In this document: positions 48,684 to 60,939 of the stretch, in pieces | Layout: the number at the start of each line of letters is the position of its first letter | Numbering within the stretch: position 1 is the first letter of the stretch | Source of the DNA: Squalus acanthias | Taxonomy: Eukaryota | Direction: 5' to 3' | Assembly: GCA_030390025.1 (NCBI GenBank) | Contig: CM059432.1 | Location: 44,890,001 to 44,954,000 of the forward strand | Length of the DNA: 64,000 nucleotides | Notes under the pieces: generated by a model | Database searches by the model: none | Told to the model about the DNA's origin: nothing | Seen by the model: only the letters and a program-made list of their open reading frames with translations | Made by a program: the position numbers and the translations under genes

Positions 48684-49744
48684 GTCTGGGAGCAACTGTT
48701 CTGAGCAGACCCCTTGCAAGTCAGTATGAAATCCTTGAGCATGTGCCATACCACTCCTTGTAGACTTTAGGCAACTTTAAAGAAATCTAGAAAGCACCAA
48801 ACATTTCTACAAACTCAGCAACAGCTAGTAGAAATCAATCAACAACTAACCTGTAAGTAGGTGATGATCCCTTTAAATTGTGCTTGTTGGGGGTCCTTCC
48901 TGCTGCTGAATGCATGTTCAGCTGTGTGAGGTTAAGAAAGGGCATTAGCACCAGCATTGAGATCGAAAATGGCAGCACTGGCGTCAAATCAACATTTCAT
49001 GCTGATTGACGTCACAATCTACCTACTCTGCATACTTACGGCGCACGCTCCCAACTCCGACGCTAATGCCCTCACCAAAATGGTGTCCGGCACGGCCCAC
49101 ATCAGAAGTGTGCGCATAGTGCTCGGATGCCATTTTCAAGCCAGACAATGGGCACTACCCAACTGAATTTTTAGCCCGAAATCTTTCATGTAACATGTAT
49201 ATGCTCGGATGTTTATTCTTCCACTTCCATTCATTTTATGCTATGTTAAGTTGGACCCAGATAATGCAATATTATTGTTCGTGTCTTTCCTCAGGGCTGC
49301 TCCCATTCCAATGCAAACAGGGTTTCCATCGCACTTTCGGCAAAGTTACGGGGATGGAGCAGGAGAAACTCAAAGTGAATTCCCAGCCATTGTTATGTTT
49401 ACTGTTATTTTTCATTCCACTACCTTTGCAATTGTGGATATAGATAAATAGGTTTGGATTTCCTACCATCCCTCCTCAGATTTTTCATCATAACTGAGGC
49501 AGGCAGGGGTGTTCTGTTGCATCCCTGCCAATTTTTACTTGTATCCAATTTCCCACAGGAAGGCATTTGCAAGCAGATGCATATAAGTGAAATACATTCT
49601 CTGAAGAATTCCCCGTTATTGGTGCCGTAACAATGCTGGACGTCCGAGACACCTGTTGATCCTTGAATCCAACATTACCATGGTGGTGGTGGGGTTCAAA
49701 TTTTTACCAGTAGAAATCCTGGCCAATCAATTTCAGAGTGATCA

Positions 49745-50182
49745 ATGGTCTGCTCTGCCAGTCAATTAGATCACATCTGATCTGTATCTCAACTCCATTT
49801 TCCCACCTTTGCTCCATATCCCTTGATACCCTTACCTATCAAAAATCTATCTATCTCAGTCTTGAAAGCTCCAATTGACCCAGCATCCACAGCCTTGTGG
49901 AGAAAGAGTTCCAAATTTCCACTACCCTTTGTGAAAAAGTGCTTCCTGATTTTGCTCCTGAATGGCCTAGCTCTAACTTTAAGATTATGTATCCCTTGTT
50001 CTTGATTCCGTCAATAGTTTCTCCATATCTACCCTATCAAATCCTTTTAACATTATTTCGGTCAAAGTAAATAGCATTCTATTGCGGGAGAGTGGGACTA
50101 GCTGAAGTGCTCTTGCAGAGAGCTGGCACGGGCTTGACAGGCCGAATGGCCTCATTCGGTGCTGTAACCATTCTATGATTCT
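49745..50182. mobile_element. Two CR1 3' fragments (49745-50060 minus; ~50085-50182 plus)
   Basis: IMLKGFDRVDMEKL / SRTR remnants. 'ggccgaatggcctc...attctatgattcta' tail. Confidence 0.7.
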
Positions 50183-51124
50183 ATTAGCAAGCATGTCAAT
50201 ATATTAGCTGCAGGGTTTTTTGAGTTTGCTGGCACGTCATCATATATTAATATTTGAACACATCAAAAGCACATACATTACTACTAGCAATATCAAGCAA
50301 ATAGTCTTATCCAACACCACAATATCTCACTCTCTAAGGAATATAGGTAAACAGTGCAGGTTGATGAACTACTTGAATGACTGAGAAGGAGATGTATTGT
50401 TAAACCAGCTCTGTCAAATGCATAATTAAATATTTGTTTGTACCAGAAAGAGCACACAATTGTTAGACTAATTCAAATATTATACCAGTATACATATCAA
50501 AGATTTAATATATCATGCAGAAGAATTAAGATTGCATTTTTTTAATTGAGAAACTAACAGGAAGGACCAAAGGCAGGACAACATAACTGTTGAAGAGAGC
50601 AAAAAAGAGGAAATCAGTAAGTGACACCAAGCTTGGGTTTTAAAAGCCTAAAGACGGTAGGAAGAAGGAGAAATTGAGGGAAGTAAGGGAGATCCTGGCA
50701 ATGAATTAGTTTAGGAGAGAGTGCAATGGAACGTGATTTCAACAGTGAGGATGGAGAGAGGAGGGAGAGAAAGTAGGACAGCGTATTTGGAGCTTCAAAA
50801 AAAGAAGAAAAGAAAAGTTTAGAGCACTACTAAGCATAGTAGTATTGAAAAATAGAGACAGGAAAGGTTGTGTGTGAGAGAGAGAAAGAGAGAGGGAAAT
50901 GGAGGTTAGAGGTGCGAGAGGAATCACCTGTTAAACAAGTTTTTTTCTTTTATGTTGTCCAGGAGTGTGAGGGCAGTTAGAAGGGCCCCCTATGCATTAT
51001 TCTCACCTTTGGATGTATTTGACCTTTATAGACAGTTAATTACTATTGTGAAGAAAAGAGAGTTTGACACAGAAGAGGAAACCAAGCAATTAGAATCAGT
51101 TTTAGGAATGAACACATGAGGGTT

Positions 51125-51358
51125 TCATTTGCCATCTGATCAGCTGCCTCTGCCTCTTCCCTTCCTTCCCCAAGCCCACCTGGCCAAACTTCCTCTAAAG
51201 CTCCCCCCTGCCCTAGCCCTGAACTCGCATCGTTCTCCACTTTCTCTCCAATCTCCCCTCTTGACCTCTCCATGCTCACCTTGTCCATGAGACCCACTTC
51301 CTGCTCCCTCAACCCTATTCCCACCAAACTGCTGACCACCCAACTTCCTTTTCTGGCT
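51125..51358 (+). mobile_element. L2-type LINE internal fragment
   Basis: Translates to LSMRPTSCSLNPIPTKLLTTQLPFL, resembling the pre-RT 'TSCxLDPIPT' motif of L2 elements. Confidence 0.6.
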
Positions 51359-51454
51359 AAAGCAAAATACTGCGGAAGCTGGAAATCTGAAATAAAAACA
51401 GAAAATGCTGGAAATACTCAGCAGGTGAGGCAGCATCTGTGAAGAGAGAAACAG

Positions 51455-51491
51455 AGTTAACGTTTCAGGTCAATGACCCTTCGTCAGAACT
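51455..51491 (-). ncRNA. Minimal type I hammerhead ribozyme in the Penelope pseudo-LTR
   Basis: Minus strand reads AGTT-CTGACGA-A-GGGTC(ATT)GACCT-GAA-ACGT-T-AACT: stem I AGUU/AACU, core CUGACGA/GAAA, palindromic stem III. Confidence 0.85.
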
Positions 51492-52418
51492 GGAAAAAGC
51501 TAGAGATGGAACAGGTTTTTAAGCAAGTGCAGGGGCAGGGAAAGGAGGGAGGGGAGGAAAGAACAAAAGGGAAGGTCTGTGATAGGATGGAAGGCAGGAG
51601 AGATTAAGAGACATTAAGAGATGGTGCAAGGCAAAAGGAGATGGGAATGGGACAAGTTAAGAAACAAAGGATGGCTCTAGATGAAGTGGAAATGGCAGTG
51701 GCAGATGAAAGACAGCTGCCATGTGGGATAGAGATAAAAAAAATATATATATAAAATAAATGGAAAAAAAAAAGGATGGGGGCAGAAATTATGGTCTGAA
51801 ATTGTTGAACTCTATGTTGAGTCCAGAAGGCTGTAAAGTGCCTAACCGAAAGATGAGGAGCTGTTCCTCGAGCTTAGGTGGAGCTTCATTGGAACAGCGT
51901 AAGAGGCCGAGGACGGTGAGGTCTGAGTGGGAGTGGAGCGGAGAATTAAAGTGACAGGCGACCGGAAGCTCCAGGTCACCCTTACAGACTGAACGGAGGT
52001 GTTCTGCAAAGCGGTCACCCAATCTGCGTTTGATCTCCTAAATGTAGAGGAGACTGCATTGTGAGCAGCGAATACAGTATACTAAATTGCAAGAAGTACA
52101 AGTAAATCGATGTTTCACCTGGAAGGAGTGTTTGGGGCCCTGGACAGTGGGAAGGGTGGAGGTAAAAGGGCAGGTGTTGCATCTCCTGCGCTTGCACGGG
52201 AAGGTGCCGGGCAAAGGGGAAGGGGTGTTGGGGGTGATAGAGGAGTGGACCAGGGTGTCGCGGAGGGAGCGGTCCCTTCGGAATGCTGAAAGGGGAGGTG
52301 AGGGGAAGATGTGTTTGGTGGTGGGATCACGCTGGAGGTGGCGGAAATGGTGGAGGATGATCCGTTGAATGTGGAGGCTGGTGGGGTGAAAGGTGAGGAC
52401 AAGGGGAACCCTATCGTG

Positions 52419-52541
52419 TTTTACCTGATGAAGGAGCAGCGCTCCGAAAGCTCGTGATTTCAAATAAAACTGTTGGACTATAACCTGGTGTTGTGTGACT
52501 TCTCATTTTTGTCCACCCCAGTCCAACACCGGCATCTCCGC
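52419..52541 (+). mobile_element. 123-bp hammerhead-bearing Penelope-type mini-insert inside the Penelope ORF
   Basis: ATCGTG duplicated at 52413-52418 and 52542-52547. Absent at the homologous site in the other copies (58910, 59980). Same family as 879-1060. Confidence 0.9.
52421..52457 (+). ncRNA. Minimal type I hammerhead ribozyme
   Basis: TTAC-CTGATGA-A-GGAGC(AGC)GCTCC-GAA-AGCT-C-GTGA: stem I UUAC/GUGA, 5-bp stem II, palindromic AGCU stem III, CUC cleavage triplet. Confidence 0.85.
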
Positions 52542-54475
52542 ATCGTGGTTCCAGGAGGGAGGGGAAGGGGTGAGAGCAGAAGTGCGGGAAATAGAACGAA
52601 CATGTCGAGGGCCATGTCAACCACAGTAGAGGGGAATCCTTGGTTGAGGAAAAAGGAAGACAGGTCGGAAGCACCAGTATGGAAGGTAGCATCATCAGAG
52701 CAGATGCGGCGGAGATGGGGAAACTGGGAGAATGGAATAGAGTCCTTACAGGAAGCGGGGTGGGAGGAAGTGTAGTCCTGGTAGCTGTGGGAGTCAGTGG
52801 GCTTGTAGTGAATGTTTGTCAATAGTCTATCCCCAGAGATGGAGACAGAGAAGTCAAGGAAGGGAAGGGAAGAGTCGGAGATGGACCATGTGAAGGTGAG
52901 GGAAGGGTGGAAATTGGAAGCAAAGTGAATGAAATTTTCTAGTTCAGGGCGAGAGCAGGAAACAGCACCGATACAGTCATCAATGTATCAGAAAAAGAGG
53001 TGAGGAATGGGACCCGAGTAGGACTGGAACAAAGAATGTTCCACATATCCCACGAAAAGGCAGACATAGCTGGGACCCATGCGGGTACCCATAGCAACAC
53101 CTTTGATTTGGAGGAAATGGGTGGAGTCAAAGGAGAAGTTGTTCAATGTGAGAACAAGTTCAGCCAGGCGGAGGAGGGTGGTGGTGGATGGGGACTGGTT
53201 GGGCCTCTGTTCAAGGAAGAAGCGGAGGGCCCTCAGGCCATCCTGGTGGGGGTTGAGGTGTAGAAGGATTGGACGTCCATAGTGAAAAGGAGACGGTTGG
53301 GGTCAGGAAACTGGAAACTGTTAAAGTGGCGGAGGGTGTCGGAAGAGTTGTGGATGTAGATGGGAAGAGACTGGACAAGGGGAGAAAAAATAGAGTCGAG
53401 ATAGGAAGAGATAAGTTCCGTGGGGCAAGAACAGGCTGAAACGATGGGTCTACCAGGGCAGTCCTGTTTGTGGATCTTGGGAAGGATGAGGAAGTGGGCT
53501 GTGTGGGGTTGGGGAACTATGAGGTTGGTGGCCGTGGAGGGAAGATCTCCAGAGGAGATGAGGTCAGTGACGGTCTTGGAAACGGTGGCTTGATGTTCAG
53601 TAGTGGGGTCATAGTCCAGGCGGAGGTAGGAGGAGGTGTCGGAGAGTTGGCGTTCAGCCTGCGCTGGGTAGAGGTCGGTTCGCCAAACAACAACAGCACC
53701 ACCCTTGTCAGCAGGTTTAATGACAATGTCGGGGTTGGATCTGAGAGAATGGAGTGCTGCAAGTTCAGAGGGAGGTAGGTTGGAGTGAGTGAGGGGAGCA
53801 GAGAAATTGAGACGGCCGATGTCACGCCGGCAGTTGGCAATGAAAAGATCCAGAGAGGTTAAGAGGCCAGAGGGAGGGGTCCAGGTAGACTGAGAATTCT
53901 GAAAACAGGAGAAAGGGTCAGCTGTGCGGGGGTAGACTCTTGGCCAAAGAAGTGGGCATGGAGACGAAGGCAGCGGAAAAGAGCTCAGCGTCGTGCCGAG
54001 CTCGAAATTCATTGATGGGGGCGTACGGGGATAAAGCTCAGGCTTCAATTGAAAAACGATCTATAGACCCCCTTCTCAAACTTTGCTTGTTCAGGGGAAT
54101 GCTTGTACATCTGTGTGTTACTCTCCAATTTCATCGTCTTTTTTAGAAGATTAAGACATTGCCTTACAGGTACCCTTTTCAGGTCACTATCAGGCCATCC
54201 TTTATCTTCCATTTATAATCCAAATGCTAACTTTCTACCATAACACATCCCCTTTCTATACAATTGTAACAGACATGAGCAAAGATATCTTCTATTAAAA
54301 GATATACATACAGATATTACTCATCCTCACAATCCTCAGATTTTCTTAAATTGGTACAAACATAAAGCACAGCAGCACAAGGCATACTGGCCAACTCAGC
54401 AGAATCTCATTAGCCTACACTAGATTTAATAAAGAATTAAGAGAATCAAAGAAAGGATATCAGGCAGATCAGACT

Positions 54476-56412
54476 GCAGCAGAAATCGATAGTGCTGAAA
54501 ACCAAGTGTGGGCACCGTGATGTGCCATAGGCCCGTGCCCGTTCAAAGGAGTTCAGCCAGCACGTTAAATTTGTGATGCCTGCTAATTATAAAGATTTAC
54601 TTAAAGCTAGCCCGCGCCTCTTTAAGGCAGTCTGCACCTCTTAAAGGTGAGCTGCCTTCTGCTGATCATAAAAATGTTAAAAGTGCTTCAAGCACTAACC
54701 CAAAGGGCTCAACAGGCTGGGAAAGGGCACCCAGGGTCTCGGATGCAGCACTTGAGCTTTATGCAGGGGGTGAACACTCAAAGAGAGGTCCTCTACCCAC
54801 AGGGGGCCAGGATGCCCTCCAGAAAGAAGGATGTGGGACCCGATCACTGAGGCAGTCACTGCCAGCAGTGTCGCCCCACAGGACCTGGCTCCAGAGCCTA
54901 AAAGAGCTTTCATGACCTCTCACTGCCCAATACACAACCCCCGCCCCGCCCCCCCCCAATCACTCACCTACCAACAATCTCTACCAAACACGAGGCACAC
55001 CTCACATTCCCAGCTTCACCTCACCCCCTTGGAGGAGACGGTGCTGGCCATTCTTGGCAGGGGAATGGCTGAGCCCTTGGCCCGCGGCGGGCTGAAAGAA
55101 TACAAGATGCCGGTATCCTCATCCGTTAACATCCTTTTCACACCCCACTTCCCGCTCATCCCACAATATCTTCTGATTTACAAGCTGCACATGGTGTAAG
55201 CACACACCTCTTGCTTTCCCATCCTCCCTTCACCACAACCCTACCCTTGTGCCTTCCTCATTTCAGACACCCAAGAAATCCAGCCTGCCCAGCCAGTGGT
55301 TGACCAAGAAGAGGGAGAGCAGAGTGAAGAAGATGAAGAAACACCATCACTCGGTTTCACACTCCCAGCCACCAGCTGCAGTCTTCACCACTGAAGTCAG
55401 CAGTCTTCCACCAGCCATGCTGCAGCCAGTGGGGTAGCACTAGGATAGGCAAAGACACACGTAAGACACTCACTAAGGGAATGCACAAGGGTGATTAGTT
55501 GAGTTTTTGATGTGATATTGGATGCATATATGGATAAAGTTGAATTCAAAAGTTTGCTTTGTGGTGGCTTTTATTTCAGCATTGTGACCAAGGGGATGCT
55601 GTGATTGTCAGTAACAGAGGGAAGGTAAGGTGTGGGACAAATGTTGAAAGGGGAACTGGTGTTGTGTTCACTGGCACTACGGGCAGATGATTCAATCCTG
55701 GATAACCCAGCCAGAAAGGGGCTGTCTGGGTTGCCTCCTTCCTTCCACTTCCTCCTCTTCTGCTTCTTCCTCTTCTGCTTCTTCCTCTTCTGCTTCTTCC
55801 TCTTCCTCCTCCTCTTCCTTCTCCTCCTCCCTCTGCTCACAGCTTGTCCAGTTTACTGCCTTTGCTCCATTTCCATGTCATGCTGCAGCCCAAGGGGGAC
55901 GGCAACTAGAGCTCCCAAGACTGGGAGCAAATGGTGTTCTCAGAGGCCTTCCTTTAAGAGCCAAAGCCTTGCAAACATCCAGCAGCACTCCCTGCACACC
56001 CTTCACACTGTAACAACTTTTAAAATGTCTTACACCAAGCCACTACTCAAATAAAATGTAAAGAAACCAGTACAAAAGCAAAAATCTAACCTTACCTGAA
56101 AGTTGCGTGTGTCCCTTTAAGAAGCGCTGGTAGGGGGTCCGTCGTACAGCTGAACACACGTTCAGCTGTGCGTGCGTTGCAGAGGATGTTAATAAGCGTG
56201 GCGACGTCCAAAATAGCAGGTTGTGCGTCTATTCAGCATTGCACACTTATTGACGTCACAATCTGACTAATTATCATATTTGCAGCGCTGCCGACCTGCC
56301 CAAAATGGCGGCTGCTGCGTTCTGCGCCAGAAGTGGGTGGAAGCGAGGCAGTTGCCATTTCTCACTGAAACCGGCCTTATCAGTCGGTTCTAAGGGGCCA
56401 AATTTCATGCCC
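54476..56412. mobile_element. Deleted Harbinger related to element E (element F); left boundary approximate
   Basis: Myb exon remnants (LTPLEETVLAILG; TTTCAG acceptor at 55266). Transposase reduced to its N- and C-terminal acidic ends (55668-55885). Right end AATTTCATGCCC. Confidence 0.7.
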
Positions 56413-56419
56413 CTTATCT

Positions 56420-57250
56420 CTAGAGGCGATTGGTGGAGGAGAATTGCCTTTGCAGATTTCAGTATGGAAGCAATTGTGCCATCTATTGCAAATAGACCTG
56501 CAGACAATCTCAAGTACAGGGATCATGTTGCCAGTTACTACGACTCTCAACTTTTATGCCTCAGGCTCCTTCCATACAGCATAAACCAATTTGCAGTACA
56601 GAGGTGTATCAAATAGGTGACTGATACATTGGTCAGCAGGGCGAACTCGCTCATTATTTTTCCCACTGGATTGCACAGCAGCATGTCAGGGCTGTTCAGT
56701 TTCATAGCATTCCTGGATTCCTCAAAGTATTGGCAGTTATTAAAGGGATCCAATTGGCAATCTAAGTCCCATTTCATCAACATGCAGCTAATCAGTGATG
56801 ATCAATACCACATCATGCAGGTCAATGACCCTTTTTCAAGGCAGAAGTCACAATTCTTTCTTTCTAAGGTAATCATTTGTACCATCTTTATTGGAAGGGA
56901 AAGGCAGACTGTAAGGATGGCTCCTCAGGGGCTACAGCTACCCTCCCTCAGACATGGCTAAACACCCCTTGTACTAGACACAAACTGAACACAGATACAA
57001 TGAGGCTCATTCAGCTACCAGTATTGCCATAGAGCATATCATAGGAATCATGTAGCAGCATTTCAGGTGCATCAACAGATCAGAGGACATCTTGTTATAG
57101 AGCTCTGTCAGGATCTCCAAAATCATCATCATTTGTTGTGTACGCAAAGAGGCCTGGGCATGCAGGGAAAGGAGGAGGAGGAAGAATAAGAGAAGCAGGG
57201 ACGGACCACCCACAATCAAGGACAGAGAGGACATAATCATTGATTAAGAG
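56420..57250 (+). pseudogene. Old Harbinger transposase remnant (element G)
   Basis: TTLNFYASGSF, FAVQRCIK*VTDTLV, HFINMQLISD, YNEAHSATSIAIEHIIGIM*QHFRC, IIIICCV. Confidence 0.75.
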
Positions 57251-57974
57251 GAAGTCTCTGTAGAATCACCAGCAGCCAGGAAAAATCTTTTATCAGATGC
57301 TCACACAAAACATATTCAGCCAAGGGCCTGAGGTCACTATATAATGAAGCCTGCTGTCTACATGCACTCAATCAAGTATTACAAAACACCACCCCCACAT
57401 TATCCTTGCTACTGCATTCACTCCAATCAATGCCCATTCTTTGCTTAATAGCTGCCACAATTCAAAAGAAACTCATTGAAAAAGATAAAATGAAGCTATT
57501 AAAATGTATTCACCTACCTTGTGTTACGTGTCAGTGACGTTACCATCTTCTCCTCTAGCGCTGGTGTATTGTGTGCGACTTCTAACTCTGCACCCTTTGA
57601 CATCTTCTATGTGATTCCCCAGTGGAAGGAGTAATTATGCTGGCTGGTTGCAGAGCTTCAGTGGGAACTGCTTGGGATCCAGGTGGAACTATATCTTCTT
57701 GTTCCAGGTTAGGAGTTGGCCATGCAATTGCCCCTGCCTTGTACATGGCTGCAGTGGCCGCTGGGTCTTGCCTAATTTCTAGCACATGCATCATTGGTGT
57801 AAGGAGGCTGAATGGTCTGAATGTGTTGTCGCCTTGAGAGAATCATGTCCACTCCAGTCAGGTCCCTGCTGCTCAACAAAGGCAAAATACAGCAGATGCT
57901 GGAAATGTGAAATAAAAACAGAAAATGCTGGAAATACTCAGCAGGTCAGGCAGCATCTGTAGAGAGAGAAACAG

Positions 57975-58011
57975 AGTTAACATTTCAGGTCGATGACCCT
58001 TCGTCAGAACT
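57975..58011 (-). ncRNA. Minimal hammerhead motif (stem III palindrome decayed ACGT>ATGT)
   Basis: AGTT-CTGACGA-AGGGTCATCGACCT-GAAATGTT-AACT on the minus strand. Confidence 0.75.
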
Positions 58012-60902
58012 GGAAAAAGTTAGATGTAACAGATTTTTAAGCAAGTGTAGGGGCAGGGAAAGGGAGGAGGGGAGGAAAGAACAAAAGGGAAGGTCTGTGA
58101 TAGGATGGAAGGCAGGAGAGATTAAAAGGCAAAGTGATGATGGTGCAAGGCAAAAGGAGATGGTAATGGGACAAGTTAAGAAACAATAGATGACTCTAGA
58201 TGAGGTGTAAATGGCAATGGCAGAACGATCGACAGCTGCCATGTGACAGGGGAAAAAAAGAAAAAAAGAAAAAAAATAAACTTTAAAAAATAGGGGCCGA
58301 AGTTATAGGCTCAAATTGTTGAACTCGATGTTGAGTCCAGAAGGCTATAAAGAGCATAATCGAAAGATGAGGTGCTGTTCCTTGAGCTTCGTTGGAACAG
58401 TGTAAGAGGCCGAGGACAGAGAGATCAGAGTGGGAGTGGAGCAGAGAATTAAAGTGACAGGCAACCAGAAGCTCGGGGTCATGCTTACGGACTGAACGGA
58501 GGTGTTCCGCAAAGCAGTCACCCAGTCTGCATTTGGTCTCCCCAATGTAGAGGCGATCGCATCGTGAGCAGCGAATACAGTATACTAAATTGCAAGACGT
58601 ACAAGTAAATCGCTGTTTCACCTGGAAGGAGTGTTTGGGGCCCTGGACAGTGGGAAGGGAGGCGGTAAAAGGGCATGTGTTGCATCTCCTGCGCTTGCAT
58701 GGGAAGGTGCCGTGGGAAGGGAAGGGGTGTTGGGGGTGATAGAGGAGTGGACCAGGGTGTCGCGAAGAGAGCGATCCCTTTGGAATGCTGAAAGGGGAGG
58801 GGAAAATGTGCTTGGTGGTGGGATCACGCTGGAGGTGGTGGAAATGGCGGAGGATGATCCATTTAATGTGGAGGCTGGTGGGGTGAAAGGTCAGGACAAG
58901 GGGAACCCTATCGTGATTCTGGGAGGGAGGGGAAGGGGTGAGAGCAGAAGTGCGGGAAAAAGAACGGACATGGTCAAGGGTCGTGTCAACCACGGTAGAG
59001 GGGAATCCTCGGTTGAGGAAAAAGGAAGACATAACGGAAGCACTAGTATGGAAATTGGCATCATCAGAGCAGATACGGCAGAGACGGAGAAACTGGAATA
59101 ATGGAATAGAATCCTTACAGGAAGTGGGGTGGGAGGATGTGTAGTCCAGGATTGGGAGGGGACCTGAGTAGGACTGGAACAAAGAATGTTCCACATGTTC
59201 CACATATCCCACATAGTCAGGCATAGATAGGACCCATAGCAACACCTTTAATTAGGAGTCAAAGGAGTAGTTGTTCAATGTGAGAATAAGTTTAGCCGGG
59301 TGGAGAAGTGTGGTGGTGGATGGAACTGTTAAAGTGGCGGAGCGCATCGGAAGAGTCGCAGATGTAGGTGGGAAAAGACTGGACAAGGGGAGAAAAAATG
59401 GAGTCGAGATAGGAAGAGATAAGTTCCATAGGGCAAGAACTCGCATGGGTCCCAGCTATGCCTACCTTATCGTGGGATATGTGGAACATTCTTTGTTCCA
59501 GTCCTACTCAGGTCCCCTCCCTCACCTCTTTTTCCGATACATTGATGACTGTATCAGTGCCGTTTCCTGCTCTCACCCTGAACTAGAAAATTTCAATCAC
59601 TTTGCTTCCAAATTCCACACTTCTCCCACCTTCACATGGTCCATCTCCGGCTCTTCCCTTCCCTTCCTCGACTTCTCTGTCTCCATTTCTGGGGATAGAT
59701 TATAGACAAACATTCACTATAAGCCCACTGGCTCCCACAGCTACCTGGACTACACTTTCTCCCACCCTGCTTCCTGTAAGGACTCTATTCCATTCTCCCA
59801 GTTTCTCTGTCTCCGCCACATCTGCTCTGATGATGCCACCTTCCATACTAGTGCTTCCGACATGTCTTCCTTTTTCCTCAACCGAGGATTCCCCTCTACC
59901 ATTGTTGACACGGCCCTTGACCGTGTCCGTTCCATTTCCCGTACTTCTGCTCTCACCCCTTCCCCTCCCTCCCGGACCATGATAGGGTTCCCCTTGTCCT
60001 CACCTTTCACCCCACCAGCCTCCACATTCAACGGATCATCCTCCGTCATTTCCACCACCTCCAGCGTAATCCCACCATCGAGCACATCTTCCCCTCCCCT
60101 CCTCTTTCAGCATTCTGAAGGGGCCGCTCCCTCCGCGACTCCCTGGTCCACTCCTCTATCACCCCCAACACCCCTTCCCCTTCGCCCGGCACCTCCCCGT
60201 GCAAGTGCAGGAGATACAACACCTGCCCTTTTACCTCCTCCCTTCCCACTGTCCAGGGCCCCATACACTCCTTCAAGTTAATACAGCGATTTACTTGTAC
60301 TTCTTGCAATTTAGTATACTGTATTCGCTGCTCTCGATGTGGCCTCCTCTACATTGGGGAGACCAAACGCAGATTGGGTGACCGCTTTGCAGAACACCTC
60401 CATTCAGTCTGTAAGTGTGACCTCGAGCTTTCGGTCGTCTGTCACTTTAATTCTCCACTCCACTCCCACTCTGATCTCTCCATCCTCAGCCTCTTACTCT
60501 GTTCCAATGAAGGTCAACGTAAGCTCGAGCAACAGCATCTCATCTTTCAATTAGGCTCTTTACAGCCTTCTGGACTCAACATTGAATTCAACAATTTCAG
60601 ACTATAACCTCGGCCCCGATTTTTAATTTTTTTTAATTTATTTTCCTTTTTTCTTTTTTTCCTCTCACGTGGCAGCTGTTGATAATTCTGTCATTGCCAT
60701 TTACACCTCATCTAAAGTCATCTATTGTTTCTTAACTTGTCCCATTACCATCTCCGTTTGCCTTGCACCATCATCCCTTTTGTCTTTTAATCTCTCCTGC
60801 CTTCCATTCTATCACAGATCTTCCCTTTTGTTCTTTCCTCCCCTCCTCCCTTTCCCTGCCCCTGCACTTGCTTAAAAATCTGTTACATCTCTAACGTTTT
60901 CC

Positions 60903-60939
60903 AGTTCTGACGAAGGGTCATCGACCTGAAATGTTAACT
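60903..60939 (+). ncRNA. Minimal hammerhead motif (same ATGT variant)
   Basis: AGTT-CTGACGA-AGGGTCATCGACCT-GAAATGTT-AACT. Confidence 0.75.

Larger units (their letters stand above)
45477..49177. mobile_element. Two-gene Harbinger transposon, decayed (element E)
   Basis: TIR-like TGGCTACAAATT and (reverse complement) GGGCTAAAAATT. No clear TSD. Convergent Myb-like (+) and transposase (-) remnants. Confidence 0.85.
51359..54045 (-). mobile_element. Penelope-like retroelement (RT + GIY-YIG endonuclease + pseudo-LTR), 5'-truncated and frameshifted
   Basis: IVIKPADKGGAVVVW, PKIHK...GRPIVS, TMDVQSFYT, YKPTDSHSY, CKRRRCNTC, NLVYCIRC...LYI, RFAEH, LGTLQPSGLNIEF. Confidence 0.95.
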
